Origin: Neoechinorhynchus agilis
Lineage: Eukaryota; Animalia; Acanthocephala
DNA: 64,000 bases
Reading direction: 5' to 3'
Assembly (NCBI GenBank): GCA_051530055.1
Contig: CM121341.1
Span: 9,278,784 to 9,342,783 of the forward strand
This document shows positions 12,059 through 24,831 of the stretch, piece after piece (positions within the stretch are counted from its first letter, which is position 1; each line of letters opens with the position of its first letter). The notes below the pieces were generated by a model. That model did no database searches. It saw only the letters and a program-made list of their open reading frames with translations, and had not been told where the DNA came from. Both the position numbers and the translations under genes were made by a program.

Positions 12059-13362
12059 CAAAGGTCGATTGAATATTTCTGTTTATAAACTATCGCGTTT
12101 TTTAAGCTCAGTTTTATAAAGCAGTCGATTTGCTATTTCAAACGGGTGCAACTACCTATATTTCAAATAAAAAATCTAAAATAGTAGGTTATTTTGTTCA
12201 ACAAACGTTGATTAAATAACGAAACAAATCATAAAAGCATCGAAATTCGTAGAATATAGAATAGTCTTTAAACTTTTGGTGTTTAAAAGAAATATGTCTG
12301 CGATTTTATAATTTTGGGAACTATGAAAAGGCAATAATATTTTTAACGCTTTTTTCGTGCATGTTTATGCGATTAAAGCCTTCGGGAAAAAATAGAATTT
12401 AAACCTTATCTTCATTTTTTTTCACTTTGCAAAAATGCGTATTTTTAACAAGATTTAAAAGCTTATCTTCCAAGAACAGTTATCGGTGTTAAAAGTGCAT
12501 TTCAAGGAGCAGAACGGTAAAGATGGAAGGAAATAAGAGTTGCTTGATCAATAGAAAAAGGTGACCGATATCTTCATTTATTTTTTAGAAAATCAATGCT
12601 AAACCAACATTCAAATTATCTTCACCCTCAAAAGATTACTTATTTAAAAATATAAATGTGAAATTGGAGAAATGTGTGCATTAAAATCAATCGGAATGTG
12701 TTCTCAGCTATCGAACACAAATTGTATTTTCGGCGTCTTAAATTGTTCTTCAATCACCCATTTAAAGGCAATTTTATTTAGGAATACTTTGATCACTATC
12801 GTTCTAAGGATGAGGTTCATCTTGAACAGGACCATGTTCTAATGTTGAAGTATCTTTTTCTGGTTTCAATCTTGATTTATTTGACTCATTTACATTCTGG
12901 CCAAAAACAACAGCTTTCGATTTGTTTCGCAGTGAACAGGAATGTTATTTAAAGTCTTCAAGCGATTTTATAAAAGATTTTTTACAAAGCGAATATAATC
13001 CTCTTTGTCAACTTAAAAAATTGGCTTGAATCGATGTATCCGTGATGATTTGTTAACATAAAATCGCTAATGTTCCAAAAACGATTGACCGCTGGGCTCT
13101 GAATGGACGAAACGCCGAAAATGAAAGATTGACTAACAAAAATAGGAAGCATTTGCATTAATGCTTAGTGTCCACTTTTTACTGCTTCCTACATTCAATT
13201 TTTATTAAGAAGGCTTTTATAATTGTTACGCAGGGTACATTTTCCCTAAACAGTTTTTTATAAATTTTGTATTTATGATCGAGAAAGATAGTTAGATTTC
13301 TTTGGTTACAAAAGTTCGAATTATACTCTTGGTGGAAATAATAGCACATTCGATTTATTGGA

Positions 13363-13393
13363 AATATTTCGTGAGTTAACCTCGCCTCATCAG
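13363..13393 (-). ncRNA. Minimal hammerhead ribozyme (3' pLTR of the Penelope element), stem II partly decayed
   Basis: CUGAUGA-G-GCGAGG(UUA)ACUCAC-GAAA-UAU-U. Confidence 0.65.
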
Positions 13394-15046
13394 TCATCTA
13401 AAAATATGATTTTCACATTCAGATTTTAAGCTCGAGTGCGCGGGATGGCCAAACCCGAAGTTCGATGCCAATTATCCGCTACTACGTTTTTTCCATGATT
13501 TTAGTATTGATTTTTAGCACGTAGCTGGCTGAAAGTTTCAAGCTAAAATTCACTTTATTTCCTTCCATTGTGTTGGACACAGCGATGTGTAAGGCCTCCA
13601 AAACAAGCCGTTTTTTAAGTTTTGCTCTATTTCTATAAAATTGGTGCCGCCAAAATCCCCTCGATGCTTACATGTCTCTTGATGATTGCAGATTGCCGAA
13701 GAATGCTCAAATCGACTGCAGGCTTCCTTATGTTGAGCGACCCTCTTCTTGATGTCCTGTGTCGTTTCTCCTATTTAGACTTTATCACAATGTTCACACT
13801 GCATTCTATAGATCCCACGAATCGGCTCAATTTTACCCTTCCTCTTGAATGTGCTTCTGAGAGCGATTCCTTTAGTATTGGATAGACAAATTCCAACCCT
13901 CCTTCTCATAATGGAATAAATCATTTGATTCGTGTCATCATCAACGAAGTGCACTCTTTCGAAGCATACAGGCTCGGCGATGGTAGTTACTGCCTGGGAT
14001 ATCTCCTTATTTTCAGCTGTTGTACTATCCTTTCCCTTATCCATGCAAATCGAGTGGATGAGATAAGCTCTCCGGGAGTACGAAGTGACAGCCGAGATTT
14101 TATGCCTCATCGGTTTTTGAATTGACCAGTGTGGTGGTCCGCATGGTAGGTTCTCCTTGCAATAAAGTGAAGTGCTAACTTTGCCCTGTGCAGAACGATT
14201 GAAAAGGACGTCCAGGAACGAGATCTCACCCTTGATGTTCTCTTCATTGACTGTCCATTGCATGTGTGGATCGTGACTGTTAAGTTCAGCATTTAGTGAA
14301 TCTCCGTTGTTTGAATCAGTCAAAATAAATACATCGTCCACATAACGCCACTACCGATTAACATGACTATGAAGCTCCAAGAAAGTAGTCTCCGAATCCC
14401 GCATGAATATGTCAGCGAAAGTCGGGGCTAATGACGATCCCATGGCTACACCATCTTTTTGATCGTGGAAAGTATCCTCAAATTCAACCTTGTGCACCCT
14501 TGAATTAGTGAATAACAAGTTGCCAGGTCCAAACTTGGTCCACTGCAATTCTTAGCTAGTAAATTAGCCGATAATCGATCGTTTTAATCAGAGGGACATT
14601 GGTGAACATTGAGTTCACATCGGCCGTAAACATCCGGTAGAGCTTAACGTTAATTTTCCTGATCTCATTCGCAAACGTGTGTCCATCCTTGATGTGCGAG
14701 GAGGGAATGCTTAAAATCAATCGTAATAAAGCATTCATCATTTTGGATAGGCGATGATTGAAAGAAATATAACTGGCTATAATTGAACGGTATTGCAGGA
14801 TGGGTTTGTGAATCTTCGGGAGGAGATAGAGAAACGCACATTTAGTCGATGATGATCGTGTCATGTTGTAAAATTGAGGACTGATCAGAGACCGGTTCAC
14901 CAAATTCCTGAGGAAACCGTTAAGTTTAGTTTCTCTGCTTCTCGTGGGATCTCTAGCCAACCTCTCAAATTTGTCCGAGTTAAGAAGATCCAAAGCCCTG
15001 TTTTGATAACCTTCCATGTCCACAGCTACTAAAACAAGTCCTTTGT

Positions 15047-15077
15047 CGGATGAGGCGAGGTTACATCGCGAAATATC
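15047..15077 (+). ncRNA. Minimal hammerhead ribozyme, core-mutated (inverted 5' pLTR)
   Basis: CGGAUGA-G-GCGAGG(UUA)CAUCGC-GAAA-UAU-C; lies about 25 bp beyond the truncated RT ORF. Confidence 0.6.
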
Positions 15078-15701
15078 TCCAATAAATCAAATATGCTATT
15101 ACCTGGAGGATTTTCACCAAAATTATACCATGACTTACCCGATGGATTTTCTATCGATGATCTTCCTCTTATGTTTGCTGTTAAAATTGTCGGAGTACTT
15201 AAAATGGTTAAAAATAGAACTCCGTTCAATTCAAATATCGTGAATAAAGTTGGAAATGAAGATGTTTCAAGACTATATGATGAAAATCTCCTCCGCTAAA
15301 CTGAATTTAATTCTACTTGCAGTATTTGGCGATTTTGAAAGGTTGACAAGGTTCGTGTTGCCGAATATCCATCGTTGTTTTGTGTAGAAAATTCAATTGA
15401 ATGTCTAGCGATGAGTATTTAATATTGAACAAGTGAACGGTTATTCCCTTTTAATCCATTAACACCTCTATGTTTTTAAAAACAATAATCGTGATCGATT
15501 GAAAATATCGTAATGTGTTTGACTGGTTTTGGTGATCAGCACAAACAGTTCTTTAAATAATCAGGTAATTGATGACTTTTCAGTTTAAGCATCCTGAAAA
15601 ATATCAACCTTTTCGTCGATTTTAGTGATTCTATTATCATGCATTTTATTCTGATAAAAAATTAATTATTTAAGAATTATTGTATGTCGAGTATTTTATA
15701 A

Positions 15702-15733
15702 CTGATGATGAGCCCGACGAGGTTCGAAACGTC
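15702..15733 (+). ncRNA. Minimal hammerhead ribozyme, second family
   Basis: CUGAUGA-U-GAGCC(CGACGA)GGUUC-GAAA-CGU-C: 5-bp stem II, palindromic ACGU, GUC cleavage triplet. Confidence 0.8.
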
Positions 15734-15801
15734 TTTAATAAATAATCAATTAATAATTATTCTTTTGGTATAATTTTTTATTAAAAACCTTTCCAAGCTG
15801 A

Positions 15802-15888
15802 TCGAGTTCATCATCAGTTTGCTTGTAAGTTTTCTCAACTGTGAATGGGAGTTAAAAAAACTAACAAGCAAACTGTTGATGAACTCGA
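15802..15888. repeat. Inverted pair of decayed hammerhead/pLTR units
   Basis: tcgagttcatcatcagtttgcttgt ... acaagcaaactgttgatgaactcga. Confidence 0.7.
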
Positions 15889-16473
15889 CGAGGTTCGAAA
15901 CATTTTAATAAAAAAATATTTACCAGGTGAAGACTTAAAGAATAACCCCAGTACCTCACATATCGACATTTTTATATTATTTGTTTTCACAATTTTTATA
16001 ATTACGATTCTTAACCTCGGGTTATTGCATTCAATCGATACCGACAGATGAATTAATAAGGCTCCTGCCACAAAATTTGGATGCATTTTAAAGCATCTAT
16101 TAAGCAAGAGTAATATAATTAACTCTGATGTGAGAGCGGACATTGATTAGTGGCGTGGGGAAAGAATTTGTTTGATGGCCTTCGCCAGTGAATTCGCGCA
16201 CTTAAATTAGCCTGTCGAAAAATCTTTATATTAAATTCTTTTCTCGATAAGACGCTTTTATATTGCCTTTAATTAAATCAACAGGGGATTAGATACTGTA
16301 TATTATTTTACCTGTATTTTCTGATAAATGAGTGTCGGTTATTTTCTTTGAAAAATATAAGCAAACCAGAGTTAATATTCTACAAAAACAGGCATTTTTT
16401 AATTCTTTTTTTAAAATGGTACAAAAAGTATTGACAAGTAATATGGAGTTTTTGTTTTTAAAGCAAGCGCCAT

Positions 16474-17217
16474 TCAGCATCTTCTTATTCTTCCTTTCGA
16501 AACAGTTTTCTTTGGTTTAGATTCGAGTGGTTGAATGCAAGGCGAGAATGGATGATAATCTGAGAAACAAAGAGTACAGTAACTAATTCCGCATGATCGA
16601 TATCCACATTGTCCACGTTGATGATCCATGTCCTCCAAAGACCTCCGCCTGCATTTTGGACATCTCCAACATCTATAGTTGCGGTCTGAATGTAAAGTGC
16701 CGATTAGATTAAAATCAATTTGTTCAATCTCATTGCTCTTCTTTTTCTTTTTTACTGGCACGCAATTATGAAGCGTCGACGAGAGAACCGGTGCGTCGAT
16801 ATTTCGCTTCCGTTTTTTGCCTTTTGGTCCAACATTTTCCTTGTTTTCATTGTCGATAATTTGGTGTTCTGGTTCTTTAGGTACCCTCCATTTTCTCTTT
16901 CTCGACCGTTGAGCAGTACAGTTTTCTTGGCAGATTTTCTTTTGAAACATTTGAGAAATATATTCCGGTGGAGGAATAGTAGGAAGAGACATTCTTTGTC
17001 GACGACTAAGTTTAGATACAGGTTTAAACTCTTGCAAGTCATCAGCTGTTCCTAGCGAATCGCGTTGACCTCGTTTTCTTGCAGTAGTTTCTCGAGATAT
17101 TCCGTGTCTTACGACAAGAGCAAATAATTCTTTGGATGAATCGAAATCCACTGTGTTCATTGATCTAAGGCTCACGAGGTTCATTTTAGTAGGTAATAAG
17201 AAAGTGCGATAGACCAT
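16474..17217 (-). CDS. FBXO5: Emi1/Emi2/Rca1-like APC/C inhibitor (ZBR zinc-binding region + basic C-terminal tail)
   Basis: CPKCRRRSLEDMDHQRGQCGYRSCGISYCTLCFSDYHPFSPC matches the Emi ZBR spacing. C-terminus KKTVSKGRIRRC resembles the Emi KKxxRRL tail. Single-exon ORF; the symbol is family-level only. Confidence 0.7.
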   Translation of the reverse strand: MVYRTFLLPTKMNLVSLRSMNTVDFDSSKELFALVVRHGISRETTARKRGQRDSLGTADDLQEFKPVSKLSRRQRMSLPTIPPPEYISQMFQKKICQENCTAQRSRKRKWRVPKEPEHQIIDNENKENVGPKGKKRKRNIDAPVLSSTLHNCVPVKKKKKSNEIEQIDFNLIGTLHSDRNYRCWRCPKCRRRSLEDMDHQRGQCGYRSCGISYCTLCFSDYHPFSPCIQPLESKPKKTVSKGRIRRC

Positions 17218-17256
17218 TAGCTTGAGATATCTACCTGCAGCGATGCGCGTTTGCTG

Positions 17257-17267
17257 CAGCCAATCAG
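17257..17267. promoter_or_regulatory. CCAAT (NF-Y) box upstream of the Emi1-like gene
   Basis: cagccaatcag, about 43 bp upstream of the ATG at 17217; NF-Y boxes are typical of cell-cycle promoters. Confidence 0.4.
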
Positions 17268-18779
17268 AATGCGAGAAGATACATAAAAGCCTAATTAAGT
17301 CGTATTAACTGCTTGGAATTGGAATATTTTTGCGGTGCATTTAAGTGGTATATTAAGATTGTGCATTAGGAATTAAGACACTGCTGTTAATTTCCCAGGT
17401 ATGCATTTAAAGCAAATTATTTAATCTTCTTAGCTCTAAAACTCCTATCTTAAATAATGCTCAGTCAAGTACTAACTGACATGTGAACATTGAATGATAT
17501 CTTTGGCTCGTGGGCAGCACTATCATTTTGCATTATTCCTCAAGCAAAAAAGACGGTAAACGGGTGTCAAATTATGATCATGTTATGCGATCATCCATTC
17601 ATCGTCAAGCGACATAAAGAACACGCCCCATTGTTTTCGTCGAAGGTAAAGAATTGCTTTGAACCGTGTGAAATTTCGCAGGTAATCGCTACGTAGGATC
17701 ATAAATTCACGATGAAAGATTATTTATCCGATTTTTTACAATTCTTTTTCGCAATCTGTATTTACTTTAATTATGCGATTATTTATACCTGCATGCCGCG
17801 ATGATATCAAGGAATTGACCTTTCTAAAAATCAATTGATTTGTTAACTTTTTATGAACAATTTTCGTTGACCGAAAAAAATCTGTCAAGGAAAATCGAAA
17901 ATATTTAACACCACGAAATATTTAGCTAACTAATTTGGACATAATTGCTCGAATCTTTGACACCTTGTGATGATGTAATCGATTCGGCGAGTTGAGGAAA
18001 ATTTAATCATTGAGACAATTGGTTTTTGATTAAATATCTTGCTGTTTTTTGCATCCAAGTAATAAAGGTGCACAATAAAATTAACTGATCGCTGATTACC
18101 ACTCACTGTTTACCTTTGCAACGCAAAATGAATGTAAATGAGACGGCAAAGGAACTAAAAATGAAATTACCTTAATTTTAACTGATATAATGGCTATAAA
18201 AATGGTTCGATTTTGAACAAAGGATACGCCGCTTCGTAATCTTCGTCTTGCATGGTTCATGCAACGTTGCCTATTTTTTAATTGAACGTCACAATAGATA
18301 ACAAAATTTAATTATTGACTAATTGATCGGTATATGTCAACTGACTAAATTTTTAAGGAAATTATAATACCAATTTAAAATTTAAGTAATCTAATTGTTT
18401 TCGAGTCTAGGCCTGTTATATTTTATATGAATTTACTTCTGAGCCGATTTATCTGCAACGATTTCATTTGAGTGAGGTTTAAAATGCGAAATTTATGTGG
18501 TCAACATAAACCAAAGAATCATGTCCCTTTGGAACCGGTGTGATTCATGAGGATAAACAGAACGATGATCAGTCACGGAATCGATATGGAGGAAAACCGA
18601 TTCTCAAGATAAAAATATATCACTGAAAAGTAAACTAGTGACGGTTTAAAGCTGTTGTGATGATCGAGAATCAATTTCTGGATTGTCCACAAAAGCGCGC
18701 CTACACTTAGGCGAATCCTGACGATAACTGGACATCATGAAACGCCGGAAACATGTCCAGCACCGTTGATGTGTACGCA

Positions 18780-19160
18780 ACAGGAAAATCCGTGGGCATA
18801 AATGACCGACAAGATTCGATTTGCAATTGAAGCAAAGTAGTCTACGAGATTACCTGCGAACGATATTTAGCGCTGACAATGCCAAGGACCCGGTGGAACT
18901 TTCTATCGCCGATGCACTAATATCCCGGGCGGTTGGAAGGGGAAGTCGTTTCTGAAGACAATGCGAGGGGTAGTTCTGGGCATCAATTCGACAATGCTTC
19001 AGAACTGTTCAAAAGTCGGGATGAACTTTCTGCTTCGATGTCGCTACGAGGAAGCCGTAAGACGGCGAAAGCTCAAAAATAAATATTTTTCTTTATCATT
19101 ACAATAGCCCGCCCAAGTGTCCATTTAAAACACTTGATAAAATAGCACGGAAAATCTGGC
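18780..19160 (+). mobile_element. Penelope-like 3' remnant (GIY-YIG end + pLTR with hammerhead at 19046-19074)
   Basis: KVVYEITCE and DPVELSIADAL resemble the GIY-YIG end at 36.2 kb, followed by ACGAGGA-A-GCCG(UAAGA)CGGC-GAAA-GCU-C. Confidence 0.65.
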
Positions 19161-19168
19161 GGTCTTTA

Positions 19169-19680
19169 CTATTGAAAGATTTTACACAATGCTTTGTTTG
19201 TATGATAGCGTCTCTTATATTTTAGTGAACATTTCACAGATTTCAAAACGTCAATGGTTAGTTCATCTTTGGACCGCAGTACCATTTTGCCCTTCTTGCC
19301 AAACGGTCCTTCAATCACAGTCACTTGACCGTTATCCAAAAAAACATTCATTCCTGAAAATGCCTGGACTGCTTGATCATTGGCAAACATGCCGGCTGCA
19401 ATGGCCGTATTCTTCGAAGTCAATCTTTCGATATATCCACTTCGTTCGTATTCATTGAAAACTCTAACTGCTTCTAAGGGTTCATCGTCGCTGGTATTTT
19501 CTTGCCATCCAAGAAATAATCGTCCATGAAAAGCTAGTCGGCACACATTTGACTAAAGTCTGAGTCGAGCTTCGATGCAAATAGCAGAGCATTTGTCGGG
19601 CAAAATATAGGGTCGTTTAAGTGCTGCTCGATGGTCACATTCAAAGATTAGTACAATTTGCAAAAAACCAATTCTTGTAA
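19169..19680 (-). CDS. EEFSEC: Selenocysteine-specific elongation factor, C-terminal part only (1-bp deletion at about 19548-19550)
   Basis: PIFCPTNALLFASKLDSDFSQ[N]VCRLAFHG ... VIEGPFGKKGKM matches the eEFSec C-terminus (PVTCP..GSRLD..CRLAFHG..FGQSGKF). No GTPase domain found in the window. Confidence 0.8.
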
Positions 19681-19740
19681 AGGGATTTGGGTTTAAAAAT
19701 GGATTTATTGTTTACGGCATAAACTAAATAAGATAAAAAT

Positions 19741-21830
19741 TTGAATATATATCACCGTACTAATATTTTGATTTCTGGCGGCTTGAAAGAGGCGTTGAAA
19801 CTTTTTCAAAATATTACAAAAGGGCTTGAAGCTATTAGAAATGAGAATAAGGAATTGAAAAGTTCCTTAAAAAGCTTAATGAGGGAGGCGACGTTGAAGG
19901 TCGAGGAGGCATTAAAAAGAGCTTTGTCTATTCCCAGCCTGGAAGATACCAAACCCGATTCGGGACCGACCAAGAAGGTATATGCAAACAGATAGTGTTC
20001 GTTTTTTACATGTAATATTGGGTAATCCAGGAACTTAGATAAATTAGATAATGATTTGTTTGGTGGGTTTTTACAAGAAACAGGGACCTTCCATCATTTG
20101 GCTTACCTATTTATGAATGTTCTTTAACTAAGCCAATCTACCCATCAAATAGTAAAAACTACTCCGGTGGTTTACAATCATTTTTGAGAAAAGATATTCA
20201 ACCGAAAATGATATGTGAAATTCATACGAATGAGCACGTTATTCAGATAATATCATCCCTGAATCCTTTTCTAAATAAGGAAGCTTATTGCGGGCCCCTT
20301 AAAATAATTTGGGTGAATTTCTACCGCAATCCAAAGTGTAACATTAGAAAATCATTAGAGGCCATGAAAGAGCTCTTAGAAGTATGGAAGCCTGATGTCA
20401 TGACTGGTGACTTCAATAATAATCACCTGAATGCCTTTAGAAGCTTATTCTCATCTAACTATACCACCATTATCTCTCAAGAACCCTCGTTCCACAATTG
20501 GTCGCGAGGATTTCCCTTTTTTAATAGATGGATCAATAGTAAGTAAAGATTTAAATGCTTTATTCACTTTGGAAATCCAAATGAGAATGAGCTGGCGTCT
20601 GGGTCATGATGCTTCGTTCTTCACAAGCACTGGTCGAGTCTCTTAAAAAGCGTATAAAATTAACATCAAATCTATTTTGTATTTTTAATAAAATTTTACT
20701 GGAACGAATTACCGCAATTGTTAGTTGTGCTGCTTAGGTTCAGAGTTGATCTTAAAACAAACTAGAAACGCAGGCTTTAGGCGTCAAGATCACAATTTGG
20801 GATTTCTTATTAAATTAGAAATTGAAGCCAGAGAAAGCGGACATCACTCAATTGCCCAAGTATTTAAAAAAATACTTCTCTTCTATTGGAAGGAGATTAA
20901 AAAAGAGAGAAAAAATCTATTGAAATGTGCAGTTTCTCTAAAAAATGGTGGAATATAATTTTAAATAAGAAATTTGTGGGCTGGAAGTCCAAAGCAAGTT
21001 CATGGATTGGGTGCTCTTCCTATCCTGAAGCAGTTAAATCAATTTGAAACTACCATATGGGTGAAATCAGACCCGAGCCATATTTAAGACCAATTAATTT
21101 TAACGATAACTTGGAGGAGAGTGATTATTTTCCTAGAGGTGCTGATTCTATAAAGGCCTCGTTGGTGGGTCACTCATGGGCTCATAATACGTTCTCGCCT
21201 CTATCGGCAATATTTAAACTAATAAGCGAAGAGGTTAAGTCTGTGATGATTTCGAAAATATTTTTTAATTTGAGAATTTATCAAATAATGGAGATTAATA
21301 AAGTCAAACGTATTTTGATTCCCAAAAATAATTGCAAAAAGATCACGCAGGTCAAGGACCTGGGGCCCATTTCCATTGAAAGAGCGATAGCATGGAAGCT
21401 CTTAGATTTCGTTCAAGATAATCATTTAATTCCGCCTCCACAGTCTGATTGAACAATTAGTTGAGTTATCTAGAGAAAGACAACGATATGTCAATGTGTT
21501 GCTAGAATTGGACATATCGAAAGCATTCGATGAAATTGATCGCTTTTTTATCTCTAAGACTTTAAGATTTTTGAAAGTGCCTAAAAAACTTATCTACTAT
21601 ACTATGATCCTATTAGAGACAAAGGGGGCCTTTTTTTGAGCTTGATAAGGATAAGAGAATTTTCCATCCTGTTCACGGAGTCACCTTTATCACCAATCTT
21701 GTTTGTGGTAGCTATGTCTTTTTTATTCAAAAACTACAAGCTGAAAAATGGATCTGAAATTTTTGTTTACGCGGACGATATTTCCTTTTTTTTATCAGAG
21801 GTTTCTGAGAAATATCCGAGAGGCAATTAA
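19741..21830 (+). mobile_element. Degenerate APE-type LINE (ORF1-like coiled coil, endonuclease, RT)
   Basis: DVMTGDFN, ILIPK..DLGPISI, LDISKAFD, SPLSPILF, FVYADDI; many stops. Confidence 0.8.
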
Positions 21831-21840
21831 AAGTTGCCTG

Positions 21841-24398
21841 TGTGGCGGCAACGACTACACATTCTGATGACATCAGAGGTCCGTCAGGTGCGTTGGTATG
21901 TATATAACCAGAGGTGTGGGTCGACGCGTTCGTTTTAAAAAAAGAATCTGTTATAGTGGGCATGATGTCGCCATGCCATCGATCGGGTGATAAACAGTAG
22001 TAACTGCATGTGGTTACTGAGAGGAAATGTACTTGCCAGTTTGGACGATATATCAATACGAACAGTGAGCCTTAAATTGCCCACATTCTGAGTTCAGCAA
22101 TCTCGTGTGTGGTTTGCACAGGCCGAGGCTCAATTTACCTTGCGAAAGATTGTCGAAGATGACACCAAGTTCTACTATATCACCACAGCCCTCGATCAAG
22201 ATACCGATGGGCGTGTGATTGATATTTTAGAGTGTCCACCTCAAGCGAACAAACACGAAGCGCTGAAGAGTCGCCTATTGGACGCATTCTCGCTCTCTGA
22301 GTCCGAGCGTGCCAGCCGCATTCTGCACATCGATTTTCTCGGGGATCCTAAACTATCGGAGTTGATGGACAAGATGCTAGGCCATCTCGGGAAGCACCCA
22401 TCATTCTTACCCGAGGATATTCGATCGGTCCTAATACACGCCAAGATAACGGATCCTCGAAAATTAGTACAAGCGGCCGACGAACTATGGAAGGCTAAGC
22501 AGCAGTTCACCACGTCTTCGATACGGCGGTCCAGCAGGAAACAAGGTGGAATATGTTTTCCGCGAATAAAGCCGAGGAAATAAATAGTTTATTCTACGCC
22601 TGTGATCAGCGTGCTGGACGACGTTTTCTCGTAGATACGGGCGCCGAAGTTAGTGTAATTCCCGCAACGATATCCGATAAATCAACAACCACTCATAATC
22701 AAACACTCACGGCTGCTAATGGTTCATCCACTAATACATTTGGAAGCAAAATGGTGGTGCTAAAACTCGGAGATAATACGATAAATTGGAAGTTCCTGAT
22801 TGCATCAGTGCGACAACCTATATTGGGTGCGGACTTTCTCGGACATTCCGAACTTCCCGTCGATGTGCGTGGGAAACGGTTAATATATCCGGAAACGAAT
22901 AGAATAACGAACATTTCGTCGGCAACAATCAGACCCGGAGTAAAGATTTCTGAGACAACAATTCCAGATGAGTCACTTTGCACCAAGATTCTGAACGAAT
23001 TCCCAAACGTCATCAATCACAACTTTTCGGACCCAGTCGTTAACACACTGTGCGAAGCACTACATCCAAACTAGTTGCGTTCCTATCCATGCTCGCTCAA
23101 GACGCCTCCCTTCTGAAAAATTAGCGATCGCTCAAACCGAGTTCCACAAATTGGAATCTCTCGGAATAGTCAGATGGTCGAACAGTCGGTGGGCGTCTCC
23201 ACTTCATGTAATCCCGAAATCAGACGGCACATGGCAGCCGTGTGGAGACTATCGTCGCCTGAATGAAGCAATGACTCCTGACAGATATCCGATACCACAT
23301 ATACAGGACTTTTCCGCGCGATTATTTGGACGAGCAATCTTTTCGAAGGTAGATCTGGTTCGCGGCTACCATCAGATACCAGTCGCTGAGCAAGACATAC
23401 CCAAGACAGCCATCTTCACCCCCTTCGGTTTATTCGAGTTTTTAAGAATGCCTTTCGACCTCAAGAACGCTGCACAAACCTTCCAACGGCTGATGGACGC
23501 TGTCTGCTCCGGTCTCGACTTTACCTTCGTCTACCTCGACGATATTTTGATTGCAAATCACAACGAATCAGAACATTTGCAGGACCTAAAAATTCTATTC
23601 ACTCGTCTAGCGGAACACGGACTTGCTATCAACTTACCGAAATGCGAATTCGGAGTTAGAGCTCTAGATTTTTTTCTTGGTCATCGAGTAAGTAAAGAAG
23701 GTACGATTCTCACACCGATCAAGGTAGAAACCATCCGAAACTTTCCTCGCCCAAAAACGGTAAAGGCATTGCAGGAATTCGTGGGTATGATAAACTTCTA
23801 TCATCACTTTATTCCTGCAGCATCGAGGTTATTGCGCCCACTTTATCAAGCGATGTCAAAGAATCCTTCGAAGAAGATTTTTGAATGGACTGAGGAGATG
23901 AATGGAGTTTTTGAAAGCGCGAAGCAAGCATTAGCTGACGCCACAATGCTCACGCATCCGGCAAAAGATGCGCCAATAGCAATCACAACGGACGCTTCTG
24001 ATTACGTTGTTGGAGCAGTCCTACAACAGAGGATTTCAGGAGATTGGAAGCCATTGGCCCTTTTCAGTCGTCAACTACGAAAGCCAGAGCAAAAGTACAA
24101 CTTGGCAATCAGACACTTCCGCTATACAGTACAAGGACGACCATTGACCGTTTTCACAGATCATCGGCCACTGACTTTTGCGATGGCCAGAGTTTCGGAC
24201 CCTTGGTCCGCTCGACAACAAAGACATTTGAGCCGCATCTCAAAATACACCACGAACATAGAGCATGTGAGTGGGCGCAGCAATCAAGTCGTCGATACGC
24301 TTTCGAGGGTTATTCTAGCCAACGTTAACGAAGGTATCTCTTTTGAAGCAATGTCTCAAGATCAACAAGAATATCCCGAAACACAGGCATTCGTTTAA
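21841..24398 (+). mobile_element. Ty3/gypsy LTR retrotransposon (CsRn1-like gag), 3'-truncated before integrase; possible 5' LTR 21841-22008
   Basis: WFAQAEAQF gag, FLVDTGAEVSVIP protease, [39 protein letters not shown] RNase H. TG..CA segment followed by TGGT. Confidence 0.9.
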
Positions 24399-24831
24399 TT
24401 TTTTACACGCCTGATAAAAACGAATTTTAGTGGAGCTTCAGCATCTGGACGGCGAGGTCATTGGATTCTTAAATTAGTTTTTAGTGGTCAACTTTTAAGG
24501 TGCATTCATGTTCTTAGCTGAATATTGAGACAGAAGAGCTTTTTCCAATTTATTAAAAATACGAACATAAATCAGTCTTTCAAGTTGACCAATAAAAGCT
24601 AATTTAATTTAACAAAATTAGCTTTTATCAGGCATTATAAAAATTAAAAGAATTTAGTGACAATTCAGCAGCGTTCGCTCGTCTTCGGTATACTGATTGC
24701 CTTATTTTTAGAACTTGATAATCTCAAATCATAAATTAAGCGATTAAATGTTTGTGCAGAAAAGTAGACTATTTAAATGACTGGTCTCCTTTTTTCGTGT
24801 TTTGAAACCTTTCTACAAGCCATTGTGACAC

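Larger units (their letters stand above)
13180..15300 (-). mobile_element. Penelope-like element (RT + GIY-YIG), 5'-truncated, with a 3' pLTR and an inverted 5' pLTR
   Basis: LYLLPKIHKP, FTADVNSMFTNVP, QKDGVAMGSSLAPTFADIFM, (Y)VDDVF, ISFLDV, then GIYRMQCEHCDKV*IGET. Hammerhead pLTR copies at both ends in opposite orientation. Confidence 0.9.
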
